Of a stretch of DNA of 64,000 bases, positions 1 through 12,820 are shown in pieces; position 1 is the stretch's first letter, and every line of letters begins with the position of its first letter. Both the position numbers and the translations under genes were made by a program. A model generated the notes under the pieces. That model had not been told where the DNA came from and ran no database searches. It worked only from the letters and a program-made list of their open reading frames with translations. Where the stretch lies: the NCBI GenBank assembly GCA_038087875.1, contig CM075981.1:868001-932000 (forward strand). The letters run 5' to 3'. This DNA is from Malacoraja senta. Taxonomy: Eukaryota.

Positions 1-169
1 TGATTTGTGTGCATCAACCTCCCACAAGTACAAAGAGGGGTCGGACACTCAGATTCGATCATCCAGTTCCCATTGTTGGGTATGTTTGATCTTCTGTGAA
101 CAATATACTTTGCAGATTGTAGAGGTTGGATAATGGAGACTGCATGATTTCCCATCCATACAAGCGAAC

Positions 170-440
170 TTAGTTTAGTTTAGTTTAGAGATACAGCGCG
201 GAAAGTGGCTCGTCGGTCCACCGAGTCCACGCCGACCAGCGATTCGAGCACACGAGCACTATCCAAACACACACTTGGGAAATTTACAATTATACCAAGC
301 CAATTAACATATATATGTACATCTTTGGAGTCACGAGGAGAACGTACAAACTCCATACAGACAGCACCCGTAGTCAGGATTGAACCCGGATCTCTGGTGC
401 TGTAAGGCAGCAACTCTACCGCTGCGCTACCGTGCCGCCC
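170..440 (-). mobile_element. HE1-type tRNA-derived V-SINE
   Basis: Reverse strand shows GGGCGGCACGGTAGCGCAGCGG head, B-box GGTTCAATCC, V-SINE core and (CTAAA)n tail. Confidence 0.85.
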
Positions 441-568
441 AACTGTTGATGTGAACAATCTTATCATTAGGCAAGCCAACCTCTCCCAATCGTCCTTAGT
501 TCCTCTAAAACCTAATCTGTCTATTATCATGTACAAATATGCAGCCAAGAGCAATTGCAGGCACTTAC

Positions 569-608
569 CCGAGAAGGAGATCATGAAATAAAGAAATTCA
601 AAGTCCAT
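569..608 (-). CDS. Leader (signal peptide) exon of a divergently transcribed, probably Ig-superfamily gene that continues left of the window
   Basis: ATG GAC TTT GAA TTT CTT TAT TTC ATG ATC TCC TTC TCG G|GTAAGT = MDFEFLYFMISFS(G); 40 bp, phase-1 donor with perfect consensus, hydrophobic. Confidence 0.6.
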
Positions 609-1184
609 AGTTTTCCGTTTTTAAAGCAAATATGATCCCAGTGGAACTTATGATATTGTTCCTATTTTGTATCTTTACACAGCTCTGCTTGAGTTTCGAA
701 ATTACCATTCGTCACAGTAAGTATATTTATAGCAATGGCACGGGGCTGGTGACAGAATGACTTATAGAAGCTTTTGGGGTGGGAGATTGCAACCTTCACG
801 TGGTCCGCCCTGTTTTGACTAATGCAATCAACCCGACGTGCAAATTCAAATAAGATCAAATTGAACAAGTTGTCCGACAACTTTAGGCTGTGCACGCCAT
901 ACGCAAGAAGAAGAAGTAGAAGATAGAAGTCTTTATATTTTACTCTCAGCTCATTCTAGCATTGTTGCAAGTTTCAGGATTGGATATTAAGCTGTGGCTG
1001 AGCAAAGATAAATCAGATGTTTGGGATCTGGTGATTAAATTATTTCTCAATGCTGAGAACTATATTCTGCACTCTGTATCTTTACCTTCACTCTCCAATT
1101 ATACTTGACTTTTTGTCTTGATTGCGTATGATCTAAACAGAATTCCAGGACAGATAAGAATTGAAAATCTGCAAAGCAGTGACA

Positions 1185-1580
1185 TGCATTGAATCCCTCT
1201 ACACGTCACACCGCCTCATCAAGGCCACCAGCATTATCAAGGCCGAGCCTCTCCTTCTTCTCCCCTCTCCCATCAGGTAAGAGGTGCAGAAGTTTGAAAA
1301 CGCACACCTGCAGATTCACGGTCAGTTTCTTCCCAGCTGTTATCACCCAACGGAACCATCCTGTTCTGACCTTCCATCCACCTCATTGTAGATCTTTGGA
1401 TTATCTTTAATTGAACTTTACCGGACTTTATCTTGCACTAAACATCCCTTGATCCTGCATCTGTATACTGTGGACGGCTTGATTGTAATCATGTGTAGTC
1501 GTTCCGCTGACTGGATAACATGCAATAGAAATGCTTTTCACTGCACCTTGGTACACATGACAATAAACTAAACTAAACTA
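1185..1580 (+). mobile_element. Rex1/Babar-like LINE 3' fragment
   Basis: Peptide GKRCRSLKTHTCRFTVSFFPAVI resembles the Rex1 ORF C-terminus; tail CACTGCACCTTGGTACACATGACAATAAAC(TAAAC)n. Confidence 0.6.
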
Positions 1581-1654
1581 AACAATGTGAGCCAAGATTG
1601 TACCTTGGCACACGTTACAATAATAAAGTAAAGTAAAGCACAGATTCTCTTGCC

Positions 1655-1960
1655 AATAGTAGGAGAATAGAGAACCAGAGGACATAGGTTTAACATGAAA
1701 GGGGAAAAGATTTAATAGGAATCTGAAGGGTCACCTTTTCATGCAAAGGGTGGTGGGTGCATGGAATGAGCTGCCTGAGGAGGTAGTTGAGGCTGGGACT
1801 ATCGCAACGTTTAAGAAACAATAAGACAGGTAGATGGATAGGATGGGTTTAGAGGGTTATGGGGTAAACGCAGGCAGGTGGGACTAGTGTAGATGAGGCA
1901 TGTTACTGTGGGCAAATTGGGCCGAAGGACCTGTTTTCATGCTGTATCACCCTATGATGC
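1655..1960 (+). mobile_element. CR1/HER1-like LINE 3' fragment
   Basis: Matches the CR1 3' end seen at 51545-51980 (opposite strand). Confidence 0.7.
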
Positions 1961-2394
1961 TATGAAAATAAAGTAAAGAGTAAAATAAAGTAAAGTAAAC
2001 TAATTCCCTGCTTGCAGTTTGATCAGGTTTTTTCCACACAATATTGATGAGATCTGTAAGCATCTATTTCCACTTCAGTCACTTTCGATATTTTACAAAA
2101 GGGTCCATGAGGAAGTGCCTGTTTCTGTTGTTATGCGTTCATTATTCAATCCAGTCGGTCACACTGGAGCCAAACTTCCAACTGAACTTTCATAATCCAT
2201 TGGTTGCAAAATCTCCCCTAACTTCAGGCGGATTATGCGAGTGGGGCAGAAGTAATCTTGTTAATCAATCTTTTGAAGAGTGGACCTCTTAATATCTCCT
2301 GTCTAAATACCTCCCCATGTGGTGTGGGAACAAGATTTTATTTAAGAATTATCTTGTGCAGAGTCTTGAAATGTTCCACTGTGTTAAAGTTGCT

Positions 2395-3050
2395 TTATTA
2401 TAAACTTTTATTTCAGACTCAAGGTCCAGACAAGAGACGACATTACATATAATACATACCATATAAAAACATCATAAAATACATATAAAGGCATAGTAAA
2501 TTACTTATAAGAGCATCATAAATTATATACAAAAACACAATACAGAATAAAAAGAAAGATCAATGTCCTACAATGAGACAACGATACCAGTGGCTCCACA
2601 ATTGGGATTGGTAGCCTGTAGTGCTAAACCTTATGTTTGACAAGACCACGATAATTACATTTTCAGTCATTTATCCTGCAAATGAATTTATACATATGAT
2701 TTCTTAGGATAGCTTCTAAAGTACTGATTCCTGCAGCCACAAACATTTCACTGGCACTACACCATCTATGTTTCCTTACCAGTGTTCTCATGGCATCATT
2801 ATAAGCCACCTTTAGTTTCTGTAAACATGTCTTTTCGTAGTTTGACAACAGGTGTGCAGTATAGAGTGGTGTCCAATATGCTCTGAACAAAGACATCTTT
2901 ACCACTTCTGTACACGCACCAAACTTACGCAAGACGATATTTGCCTGTACATACAGCATACGTCGTTGCCTATAAATATCCTCATCATAGTCATTTATCA
3001 GTAAAATATCATTTTATCACCTCAACCATGACTCAAATGGTATTTTTTAA
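2395..3050 (-). mobile_element. Non-LTR retrotransposon RT C-terminal fragment (CR1/L2 group)
   Basis: ORF 2663-2959 LYVQANIVLRKF...SLFRAY.TPLYTAHL...KLKVAYNDAMR is a post-RT LINE region; 3' UTR with AATAAA near 2400. Confidence 0.7.
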
Positions 3051-3804
3051 TGGTGTTAAGGTTGGTAACAATTGATATTTGTTAAGGTTAACACCATTGA
3101 TGAGCAGAGGGATATTTCGGTCCATATCCATGTCTCTCTGGAAGTGGTAACACAAGTAGATAGAGTGGTAAAAAAAGGATTAAAGGAAATAACAGCCATG
3201 AACTCAGAATTTCCTCCTTCATGTTCTAGAGAAAGCTGCAAGAGCAGTTTTTTTAGTTTACTGTTTTGGATAAAATAGGTGATACTTTCAAGAGAGAGCT
3301 AGATAGAGCTCTTAAAGATAGTGGAGTCAGGGGATATGGGGAGAAGGCAGGAACGGGGTACTGATTGGGGATGATCAGCCATGATCACATTGAATGGCGG
3401 TGCTGGCTCGAATGGCCGAATGGCCTACTCCTGCACTTATTGTCTATTGTCTATTGTCTAACTCATTTATGGTTAAAATACTTACACGTCTTTTTTACAG
3501 CAGGCCTAGATTCCAGAAGAGGATTAAAATACTCACTGCTCTTACTGTTCTGCAAGACAGTGCAATATATTACCAAATGCCTTGGAAATCAACAATCAAA
3601 TTTGTTGGAATGATCCTCCATATTTCAAGAAGATAGACATTTTCTCGTAATGATGGCACAGGAAAGGTATTGTAAATGTTATCCAGGATATCGCATTTTG
3701 TTCAGATAATTCAATATGTTACCTGACCTAGAAACTATCACCTGGAAATGGAGCTACTGAGAGACATAGTCCTGGCCTCACGGCACACAAACAGGCCCTT
3801 CAGT

Positions 3805-4110
3805 TATAGTTCAGAGATACAGCGCAGAAACAGGCCCTTCGGCCCACCGAGTCCGTGCCCACCTGCGATTAACCCGTACACTAGCACTGTCGTACACATT
3901 AGGGACAATTTACAATTTTTATCAAAGCCAATTAACCTGCAAACCTGTGCGTCCTTGGAGTGTGGGAGGAACCCTGAGCACCCGGAGAAACCCACATAGG
4001 TCACGGGGAGAACGTACAAACTCTGTACTGACAGCACCCATAGTCAGGATCGAACCCGGGTCTCTGGTGCTGTAAAGCAGCCACTCTACCGCTGCACCAT
4101 TGTGTCGCCC
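3805..4110 (-). mobile_element. HE1-type V-SINE
   Basis: Same head, core and tail as the other copies. Confidence 0.85.
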
Positions 4111-4760
4111 TGGCTGTTCCCTGATGCCGGGGCTGTCCTTCACACCACAGCCTCTGGGCTCCACTGTCTATTATTTTCCCTCTGAAAGCAGCCACAAATT
4201 CACAGGCTTGAAAAGAGAGGAAACTGTCCGACAATTGGATTAGAAAATGTGAAATGTTATTATCGCAGTGCAAATGCTGCTGATTACTGCAAATCTAGTA
4301 TCTTCCTCCCTCTCCTGGTGTAGTGAAGAGATGTCAGCTGGAACAGCTCCATAACCTCATTGTTCATGAGGACTGCCGACATGGGAATCCCAGTACATGA
4401 CCAACTAAGTAATGTTGGTGGAGTGATGCCGGAATATATACCAGTCATTTATTGACTCATTCACAACTTGTGGCAGAGCCAAATGTCCATTTTGAATTGC
4501 ACTTGACTTTAATAGTTTGTTCAGCTATTTCACGTCAGTAATGTCATTGATTTGTTTGTGCCTATGATTTAGTTTTTACTGAAGGATGTTAGTGAAACAG
4601 ATAGATTTACATGACAACTTTGTGGCTTAATTGTTACTATGATTGATATGGGCATTTTAAAAACAATATTCATGTTTTTCATTTGAAAATAGACTTGATT
4701 TTGCAATAATTCCAGCTTTTAGAAATATTGATCTTAGACAGATCTTGGAACTTGGATCTT

Positions 4761-5100
4761 GGGCGGCACGGTGGCACAGTTGCTGCCTCAAAGTGCCAGA
4801 GACTCAGGTTCGATACGTACTACGGGTGCTGTCCGTACAGAGTTTGTACGTTCTACCCGTGACCTGCGTGGGTTTCTCCGGGTGCTCAGGGTTCCTCCCA
4901 CACTCCAAAGACGTACAGGTTTGAAGGTTCGTAGGTTTTCTCTCACACTTCAAGACGTACAGGTTTATAGGTTAATTGGCTTGGTATAAATGTAAATTGT
5001 CCCTAGTGTTAAGGTGTGGGGGTCACTGGTCGGCATGGACTCCGTGGGCTGAATGGCCTGTTTCTGCTATATCTCTAAACTAAACTAAACTTAACTAAAC
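4761..5100 (+). mobile_element. HE1-type V-SINE
   Basis: GGGCGGCACGGTGGCACAG head, GGTTCGATAC B-box, (CTAAA)n tail. Confidence 0.85.
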
Positions 5101-5379
5101 TAGACAGCATTAATAGTACTGGGCAGGAAATCGATTAATTAAGAGAAATCACAGCACAGATTTGTTTAGAGGAAATCATATTCAAAAATTTGATAGTTTC
5201 TGGTAAAATTACAGATAACGTTGATGAAGGTAATGAAGTTAATGTTGTATAAATGAACTTCCAGATGGTTTTAATAACAGGATAAATGGCAGATATCAGG
5301 AATAAAAGTAAAGTTGAAGAACATGTAGAACATAAAAGGTGAATTTATGGATAGGAACACCATGTGGTGCCACCAGCAG

Positions 5380-6035
5380 CGGCTGCCTCGCCAACAGTCT
5401 GTCTGTCCTTTCTTCTTTTTGTTATTTTTAGTATGTGTTAAAAGTATGTTTTAGTGTTCCTTGGTTTGTTTTATGTGGGGGGAATTTTTTTCAATCTCTT
5501 AGCTCGACGGAGATGCGGTTTGTTTCTGTACCGTATCTCCGTCCCCACTGCGGCCTTTCCTGGAGAAGGACGGGCGCTCCAAGCCGCGGGAGACTGCGGG
5601 ACTTTAACATCGCGTAGCTTGCGATCCCTTTGCCGAGGATCGGGCCTGTGGACTTTAACATCGTGAAGCCCGCGGTCTCTGGTAAGAGTCCCATGGACTC
5701 GGGAGAGCCATGCAGCGGAGAGAGTTTCAACCGCCCCAAATGCAGGAGTTTCGATCACCCCGACGGGGACTTTGATCACCGGCTGCGGAGGCTTTGATTG
5801 CCCCGACTGCGGATGGTTTGACTGCCCCGACCACGGGAGAACAAAGTGGAAGAAGTTTGAACTTTATTGCCTTACATCACAGTGAGGAATGTGGAATCCA
5901 CTGTGATGGATGTTGATGTTAACTTTTATATGGTTGTGAGTCTTGTTGCTTTTCACTTAGTATGGCTGTATGGTAACTCAAATTTCACTGTACCTTAATT
6001 GGTACATGTGACAGTAAACTGACCTTGAAACCTTG
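5380..6035 (+). mobile_element. Non-autonomous GC-rich element with a Rex1-like 3' tail
   Basis: GC/CpG-rich body with short internal repeats, ending TTTCACTGTACCTTAATTGGTACATGTGACAGTAAAC; related copies at 7108-7743, 57244-58026 and 59010-59392. Confidence 0.55.
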
Positions 6036-6614
6036 AAGATGGTTAAGTATCATACGACAGAGGAAAGACACTGAAAACTGTGGTAACTCAGTGGGTCAGA
6101 CAGCATCTCTGGAGAAAAGGAATAGGTGATGTTTTAGGTCGAGACCCTTCATCCGACAGAGTCAGGGTAAAGGGGACCCAGACTCACTACTACAGAGGAA
6201 TATGGGTGATTGGCTGTTTATTGAGCAGGAGGAAGGTAAATATTGAGATTGGTGTTGGCTTTTTAAAAATCTATATGTGACCTAAACTTGGACTTGCAAG
6301 TCACATGTTTGAAATGAGCTGATGATGCAAAACGAAATAGCATTGTGAACTGCAATCCAGGATGTTGTTGAGTTTCGGGAATACATAGACTTGCTGGTGG
6401 AATGGCAGAAGGTAGACATAAAAAGCTGGAGTAACTCAGCGGGTCAGACAGCATCTCTGGAGTAAAGGAATAGATTACGTTTTGGGTTGAGACCCTTCTT
6501 CAGACTGAGAGTCAGGGGAAAAGGAAACGAGAGATATAGAGGGTGATATAGAGAGATATAGAACAAATGAATGAAAGAAATGCTCGAAAGTAACGATGAT
6601 AAAGGAGACTGGCT

Positions 6615-6850
6615 ATTGTGAGCTGTGGTCTAGGTGAAAGAAACCAGTGTTAGTTGTGGTCTAGATGAAAAAAACTGTTGTTAGCTGTGGTCTACAGGAA
6701 AAAAAAAATGTTAGCTGCATTCGAGATGAAAACAAACATTGTTAGCTGTGGTCTATGTGAAAAAAACCATTGTCAGCTGTGGTTTTGGTTAAAACCATGT
6801 TAGGTGTGGGCTGGATGAAAACATTAGTTAGTTGTGGTCTAGGTGAAACC
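6615..6850 (+). repeat. Degenerate tandem array of an approximately 30-33 bp unit (TGTTAGCTGTGGTCTAGGTGAAAAAAACCAT), about 8 copies
   Basis: Units are directly visible; a shorter inverted copy lies at about 58260-58410. Confidence 0.75.
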
Positions 6851-7107
6851 AGCATCTGCAGTTCCTTCCTAGACATATGGCAGATTCATTTATTGCAGAT
6901 AAATGAGGTGATAAATTGTGAATACTTAGGGGCAATATAGAATAGTCTGAAGAAGGGTCTCGACCTGAAACTTCACCCATTCCTTCTCTCCAGAGATGCT
7001 GCCTGTCCCTCTTAGTTACTTCAGCATTTTGTGTCTATCTTCGGTTTAAACCAGCATCTGCAGTTCCTTCTCACACAGATACTATTTGAAGAATGATTGT
7101 GACCATC

Positions 7108-7743
7108 GGGTGGTGCTGCGAGCCGGCAGCGTCGCCAGCAGCTGTCCGTCCTTTCAACTTTTTTTGTTTTTAGTGTGCCTAAAAGTGTGTTTTAGTGTGT
7201 TTAAGTGTGGGGGGGGGGGTGGGGGCAGGGAATAGGGGGAAACTCTTTCAGTCACTAATCTCGGTGGAATGTGACTTTTCTCCGAGTCGCATTTTCACAC
7301 TCCCTCGTGGGCTAACAGCTTGGATTGGAGCGGCCTCCCCCGGAGTTAGGCCCAGAGCTTCAGCAGCGGGTGCAGTGCGGACTTTCCATCACGGAGCCGG
7401 GCGATCCCTTGTCGGGGTTCACCAGAAGAAGTGCTCCAATCGCTGACCCACGGATTATAACATCCTGAAGCCGCGGGCGCGGCGTGCACTTTCCATCGCG
7501 GAGTCTGGGATCCCTTGCCGGGGATCGCCGGGGATGAGCTCCGACCACCGGCCTGCGGCCTATAACATCGTGAATCCGCGGTCTCCGGTAGGAAGCGGCC
7601 GATTTGGGACCTCCAAGCCGCCGAGTGTCCGTCGAGAGGGCCTGTACATCGGGCCATCCGTAGTGGCGACTGCGAAGGGTTCATGGCCCCGACCACGGAT
7701 GAACAAAGGAGGAGGACTGACTGAACGTTATTGCCTTCCATCA
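7108..7743 (+). mobile_element. Non-autonomous GC-rich element (second subfamily), 3' end cut by a CR1 tail
   Basis: Reverse complement of 57399-58026. Confidence 0.55.
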
Positions 7744-7816
7744 TAGAAACATAGACATAGAAACATAGAAACATAGAAACATAGAAACATAGAAAATAGG
7801 TGCAGGAGGAGGCCAT

Positions 7817-8418
7817 TTGCAAGTCAAAGACTGGATGTGCCAAAATTTCCTCCAACTAAATAAGGACAAAACAGAGATAATTGTTTTTGGTGCTAAAAAA
7901 GAAAGGCTTAAAGTAACCCAACACCTTCACTCTCTGTCCCGGAAAACTTCAAACAAAGCCAGAAATCTCGGGGTTTCAATATGGATTCAGATTTACATTT
8001 CGACAGTCACATCAAATCAGCAACAAAATCGGCCTACTATCACCTCAAAAACGTAGCAAGACTAAGAGGACTCATGTCAGCTCAAGACTTAGAAAAACCT
8101 GTACATGCCTTTATTACTAGTAGGCTAGATTATTGTAACGGTCTCATTGCAGGTCTTCCGAAAAAAACTGTCAGGCAGCTACAGCTTGTTCAGAACGCTG
8201 TTGCTAGAGTTCTAACAAAGACCAAAAAATGTGAACACATTACATCAATTCTTAAATCCTTACATTGGCTCCCTGTATGTCAGAGAATTGATTTCAAAAT
8301 CCTGCTGCTCACCTATAAATCAATACATGGTTTAGGGCCAAAGTATATCACTGACATGCTTCCACTATATAAGCCTTCTAGTATATAAGATCTTCTGAGA
8401 CCAATCTGTTAGTGATTC
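7817..8418 (+). mobile_element. L2-clade LINE ORF2 3' fragment, part 1
   Basis: WMCQNFLQLNKDKTEIIVFG, SRLDYCNGL and LKSLHWLP...IDFKILLLTYK are typical L2 RT C-terminal motifs. Confidence 0.85.
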
Positions 8419-8520
8419 ATAGATACATAGATAGATACATAGAAAATAGGTGCAGGAGTAGGCCATTCGGCCCTTCGAGCCTGCACCGCCATTCAATATG
8501 ATCATGGCTGATCATCCAAC

Positions 8521-11500
8521 TCAGTATCCCGTACCTACCTTCTCTCCATACCCCCTGATCCCTTTAGCCACAAGGGCCACATCTAACTCCCTCTTAAATA
8601 TAGCCAGTGAACTGGCCTCAACTACCCTCTGTGGCAGAGAGTTCCAGAGATTCACCACTCTCTGTGTGAAAAAGTTTTTCCTCATCTCGGTCTTAAAGGA
8701 TTTCCCCCTTATCCTTAAGCTGTGACCCCTTGTCCTGGACTTCCCCAACATCGGTAACAATCTTCCTGCATCTAGCCTGTCCAACCCCATAAGAATTTTG
8801 TATGTTTCTATAAGAGCCCCTCTCAATCTCCTAAATTCTAGCGAGTATAAGCCAAGTCTATCCAGTCTTTCTTCATATGAAAGTCCTGACATCCCAGGAA
8901 TCAGTCTGGTGAACCTTCTCTGGCACTCCCTCTATGGCTATAATGTCCTTCCTCAGATTTGGAGACCAAAACTGTACGCAATACTCCAGGTGTGGTCTCA
9001 CCAAGACCCTGTACAACTGCAGTAGAACCTCCTGCTCCTATACTCAAATCCTCTTGCTATGAAGGCCAACATACCATTCGCTTTCTTCACTGCCTGCTGC
9101 ACCTGCATGCCTACTTTCAATGACTGGTGTACCATGACACCCAGGTCTCGCTGCATCTCCCCATTTCCTAATCGGCCACCATTTAGATAATAGTCTGCCT
9201 TCCCGTTTTTGCCACCAAAGTGGATAACCTCACATTTATCCACATTATACTGCATCTGCCAAACATTTGCCCACTCACCAGCCTATCCAAGTCACCTTGC
9301 AGTTCCTAGCATCCTCCTCACAGCTACACACTGCCCCCCAGCTTAGTGTCATCCGCAAACTTGGAGATGTTGCTTTCAATTCCCTCGTCCAGATCATTAA
9401 TATAAATTGTAAATAGCTGGGGTCCCAGCACTGAGCCTTGCGGTACCCCACTAGTCACTGCCTGCCATTGTGAAAAGGACCCGTTTACTCCTACTCTTTG
9501 CTTCCTGTTTGCCAGCCAGTTCTCTATCCACATCAATACTGAACCCCCAATACCGTGTGATTTAAGTTTGTATCCTAATCTCTTATGTGGTACCTTGTCG
9601 AAAGCCTTCTGAAAGTCCAGATACAACACATCCACTGGTTCTCCCTATCCACTCTACTAGTTACATCCTCGAAAAATTCTATAAGATTCGTCAGACACGA
9701 TTTACCTTTCGTAAATCCATGCTGACTTTGTCCAATGATTTCACCACTTTCCAAATGTGCTGCTATCCCATCTTTAATAACTGACTTTAGCAGTTTCCCC
9801 ACTACCGATGTTAGACTAACTGGTCTGTAATTCCCCGTTTTCTCTCTCCCTCCCTTCTTAAAAAGTGGGGTTACGTTTGCTACCCTCCAATCCTCAGGAA
9901 CTACTCCAGAATCTAAAGAGTTTTGAAAAATTATCACTAATGCATCCACTATTTCTGGAGCTACTTCCTTAAGTACTCTGGGATGCAGCCTATCTGGCCC
10001 TGGTGATTTATCGGCCTTTAATCCATTCAATTTACCCAACACCACTTCCCGACTAACCTGGATTTCACTTAGTTCCTCCATCTCCTTTGACCCGCGGCCC
10101 CCTGCTATTTCCGGCAGATTATTTATGTCTTCCTTAGTGAAGACGGAACCAAAGTAGTTATTCAATTGGTCCGCCATATCCTTGTTCCCCATGATCAATT
10201 CACCTGTTTCTGACTGCAAGGGACCTACATTTGTTTTAACTAATCTCTTTCTCTTCACATATCTATAAAAACTTTTGCAGTCAGTTTTTATGTTCCCTGC
10301 CAGTTTCCTTTCATAATCTATTTTACCTTTCCTAATTAAGCCCTTTATCCTCCTCTGCTGGTCTCTGAATTTCTCCCAGTCCTCTGGTATGCTGCTTTTT
10401 CTGGCTAATTTGTGCGCATCATCTTTTGCTTGGATACTATCCCTGATTTCCCTTGTTATCCACGGATGCACTACCTTCCCTAATTTATTCTTTTGCCAAA
10501 CTGGGATGAACAATTTTTGTAGTTCATCCATGCAGTCTTTAAATGCCTTCCATTGCATATCCACCGTCAACCCTTTTAGAACTAATTGCCAGTCAATCTT
10601 GGCCAATTCACGTCTCATACCCTCAAAGTTACCTTTCTTTAAGTTCAGAACCGTTGTTTCTGAATTAACAATATCACTCTCCATCCTAATGAAGAACTCA
10701 ACCATATTATGGTCACTCTTGCCCAAGGGGGCACGCACAACAAGTCTGCTAACTAACCCTTCCTCATTACTCAATACCCAGTCTAGAATGGCCTGCTCTC
10801 TCATTGGTTCCTCTACATGTTGGTTTAGATAACTATCCCTCATACATTCCAAGAAATCCTCTTCCTCAGCACCCCTGCCAATTTGATTCACCCAATCTAT
10901 ATGTAGATTGAAGTCACCCATTATTACTGTTTTGCCTTTGTTGCACGCATTTCTAATTTCCTGTTTGATGCCATCCCCAACTTCACTACTACTGCTAGGT
11001 GGCCTGTACACAACACCCACCAGCGTTTTCTGCCCCTTAGTGTTTCGCAGCTCTACCCATACCGATTCCACATCCTCCAAGCTAATGTCCTTCCTTTCCA
11101 CTGCGTTAATCTCCTCTCTAACCAGCAACGCTACCCCACCTCCTTTTCCTTTCTCTCTATCCCTCCTGAATATTGAATATCCCTGGATGTTCAGCTCCCA
11201 GCCTTGGTCACCCTGGAGCCATGTCTCCATGATCCCAACTATATCATAATCATTAACTGCTATCTGCACGTTCAACTCATCCACCTTATTACGAATGCTC
11301 CTTGCATTGAGACACAAAGCCTTCAGGTTTGTTTTTACAACGCTCTTACCCCTTATACAATTATGTTGAAAAGTGGCTCTTTTTGATTTTTGCCGTGGAT
11401 TTGTCTGCCTGCCACTTTTACTTTTCACCTTGCTACCTATTGCTTCCGCCCGCATTTTACACCCCTCTGTTTCTCTGCTCACCCATTCAAGAACCCCACC

Positions 11501-11821
11501 ACCTCTTATTCTCTGTTTATTATTGTTTTCTTCGTTCCCCTCTACATGTTGGGTCTGAGTGCTTTCCTTCTCTGCCTCCTGCCTCACACACTGTCTAATA
11601 GCATTCTCTGCTATTTGAGTCCCTCCCCCCAACCATTCTAGTTTAAAGTCTCCCCAGTAGCCTTTGCAGATCTCCCCGCCAGGATATCGGTCCCCCTCAG
11701 GTTCAAGTGCAACCCATCCTTTTTGTACAGGTCGAACCTTCCACAAAAGAGGTCCCAATGATCCAGAAATTTGAATCCCTGCCTTCTGCACCAGTCCTTC
11801 AGCCACGCATTTATCCTCCAC
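8521..11821 (-). pseudogene. CR1 ORF2 (APE endonuclease + reverse transcriptase), frameshifted in the 3' half
   Basis: 748-aa ORF with CLNARS, ETWL, MGDFN, SDH and KSPGPD motifs; further frames carry [17 protein letters not shown] and FADDTK. Confidence 0.9.
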
Positions 11822-12599
11822 CTCGCTCCATTCCTACTCTCACTGTCGCGTGGCACAGGCAGTAATCCCGAGATTGTTACCTTTGCTGTCCTTCTCTTTA
11901 ACTCCCCTCCTAACTCCCTAAATTCTCCTTTCAGGACCTCTTCTCTTTTTTTACCTATGTCATTGGTACCTATATGTATCACGACCTCGGGCTCCTCTCC
12001 CTGCCCTTTCAGGATGTCTTGGACACGTTGAGACACATCACAGACCCTGGCACCAGGGAGGTAAACTACCATCCGGGTCTCCCGACTGCATCCACAGAAT
12101 CGCCTGTCTGACCCCCTAACTATAGAGTCCCCTATTAATATTGCCCTCCTCTTCTTTTCCTTACCCTTCTGAGCAACAGGACCGGTCTCTATACCGGAGG
12201 CCCGGCCACTGTCGCTACCCCCAGGTAGGCTGTCCACCCCAACAGTGCTCAAACAGGAGTACTTATTGTCAAGGTGTACAGCCACCGGGGTACTCTCTAG
12301 TCCCTGCCTGTGCCCTTGCCTCTCCCAACCGTGATCCACTTGCCTGCCTCCTGTGGTGTTGGAGTGACCACATTCCTGTAACTCCTCTCAATGACTTCCT
12401 CGCTCTCCCTGACCAGACGGAGGTCATCGAGCTGCTGCTCCAGGTTCCTAATACGGTCCATTAGGAGCCCCATCTCGATACACCTGGCGCAGATGTGGAC
12501 GTCTGGAGGGCTATCAGACTCCATGACTTCCCACATCTGACATCCAGAACAGTAAACTGCCCTGGCCCTCATACTCCCCTTACCCTGGATAGAATACAA
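11638..12599 (-). pseudogene. CR1 ORF1 (zinc finger/coiled coil + SGNH esterase), one frameshift
   Basis: CSGC...HICARC, then IGDSIV, HIGTNDI and DGLHLN SGNH blocks. Confidence 0.85.
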
Positions 12600-12698
12600 A
12601 ACAAACTGCTAGAATACAAAACAAACTGCTAGAATACAAAACAAACTGCTAGAATACAAAACAAACTGCTAGAATACAAAACAAACTGCTAGAATACA
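12591..12698. repeat. 20-bp tandem repeat (AGAATACAAAACAAACTGCT) x5.4 in the CR1 5' UTR
   Basis: Perfect units at 12591, 12611, 12631, 12651 and 12671. Confidence 0.95.
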
Positions 12699-12820
12699 GT
12701 ACAATCAGCAGGGATCTGACTCCCAATCAGCTGCTCCCTCTTGTCTGCGTCCACCAATCAGCGGCTTCCTCAAACCCACTTGTTTTTGAAGTGGAACTTG
12801 GAACGTTACAGATTTAGGTA

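Noticed and set aside
1-170. Possible V-domain remnant on the minus strand (DRI*VSD)
   Set aside because: Contains a stop, has no acceptor, and lacks the conserved cysteine/tryptophan pattern within the visible sequence.
683-716. + strand 34-bp segment with strong acceptor and GTAAGT donor
   Set aside because: Phase 1-2 with no partner exons or recognisable peptide; it lies in the presumed promoter of the minus-strand gene.
2108-2160. Signal-peptide-like MRKCLFLLLCVHYSIQS, containing a GAGGAAGT ETS/PU.1 motif
   Set aside because: No phase-1 donor of reasonable quality, so it cannot join the phase-1 V exons; a single 8-mer motif is expected by chance.
3501-3666. Exon-like segment with an Ig-like DSAIYY motif
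   Set aside because: No cysteine follows YY, all three frames contain stops, and no other Ig hallmarks are present.
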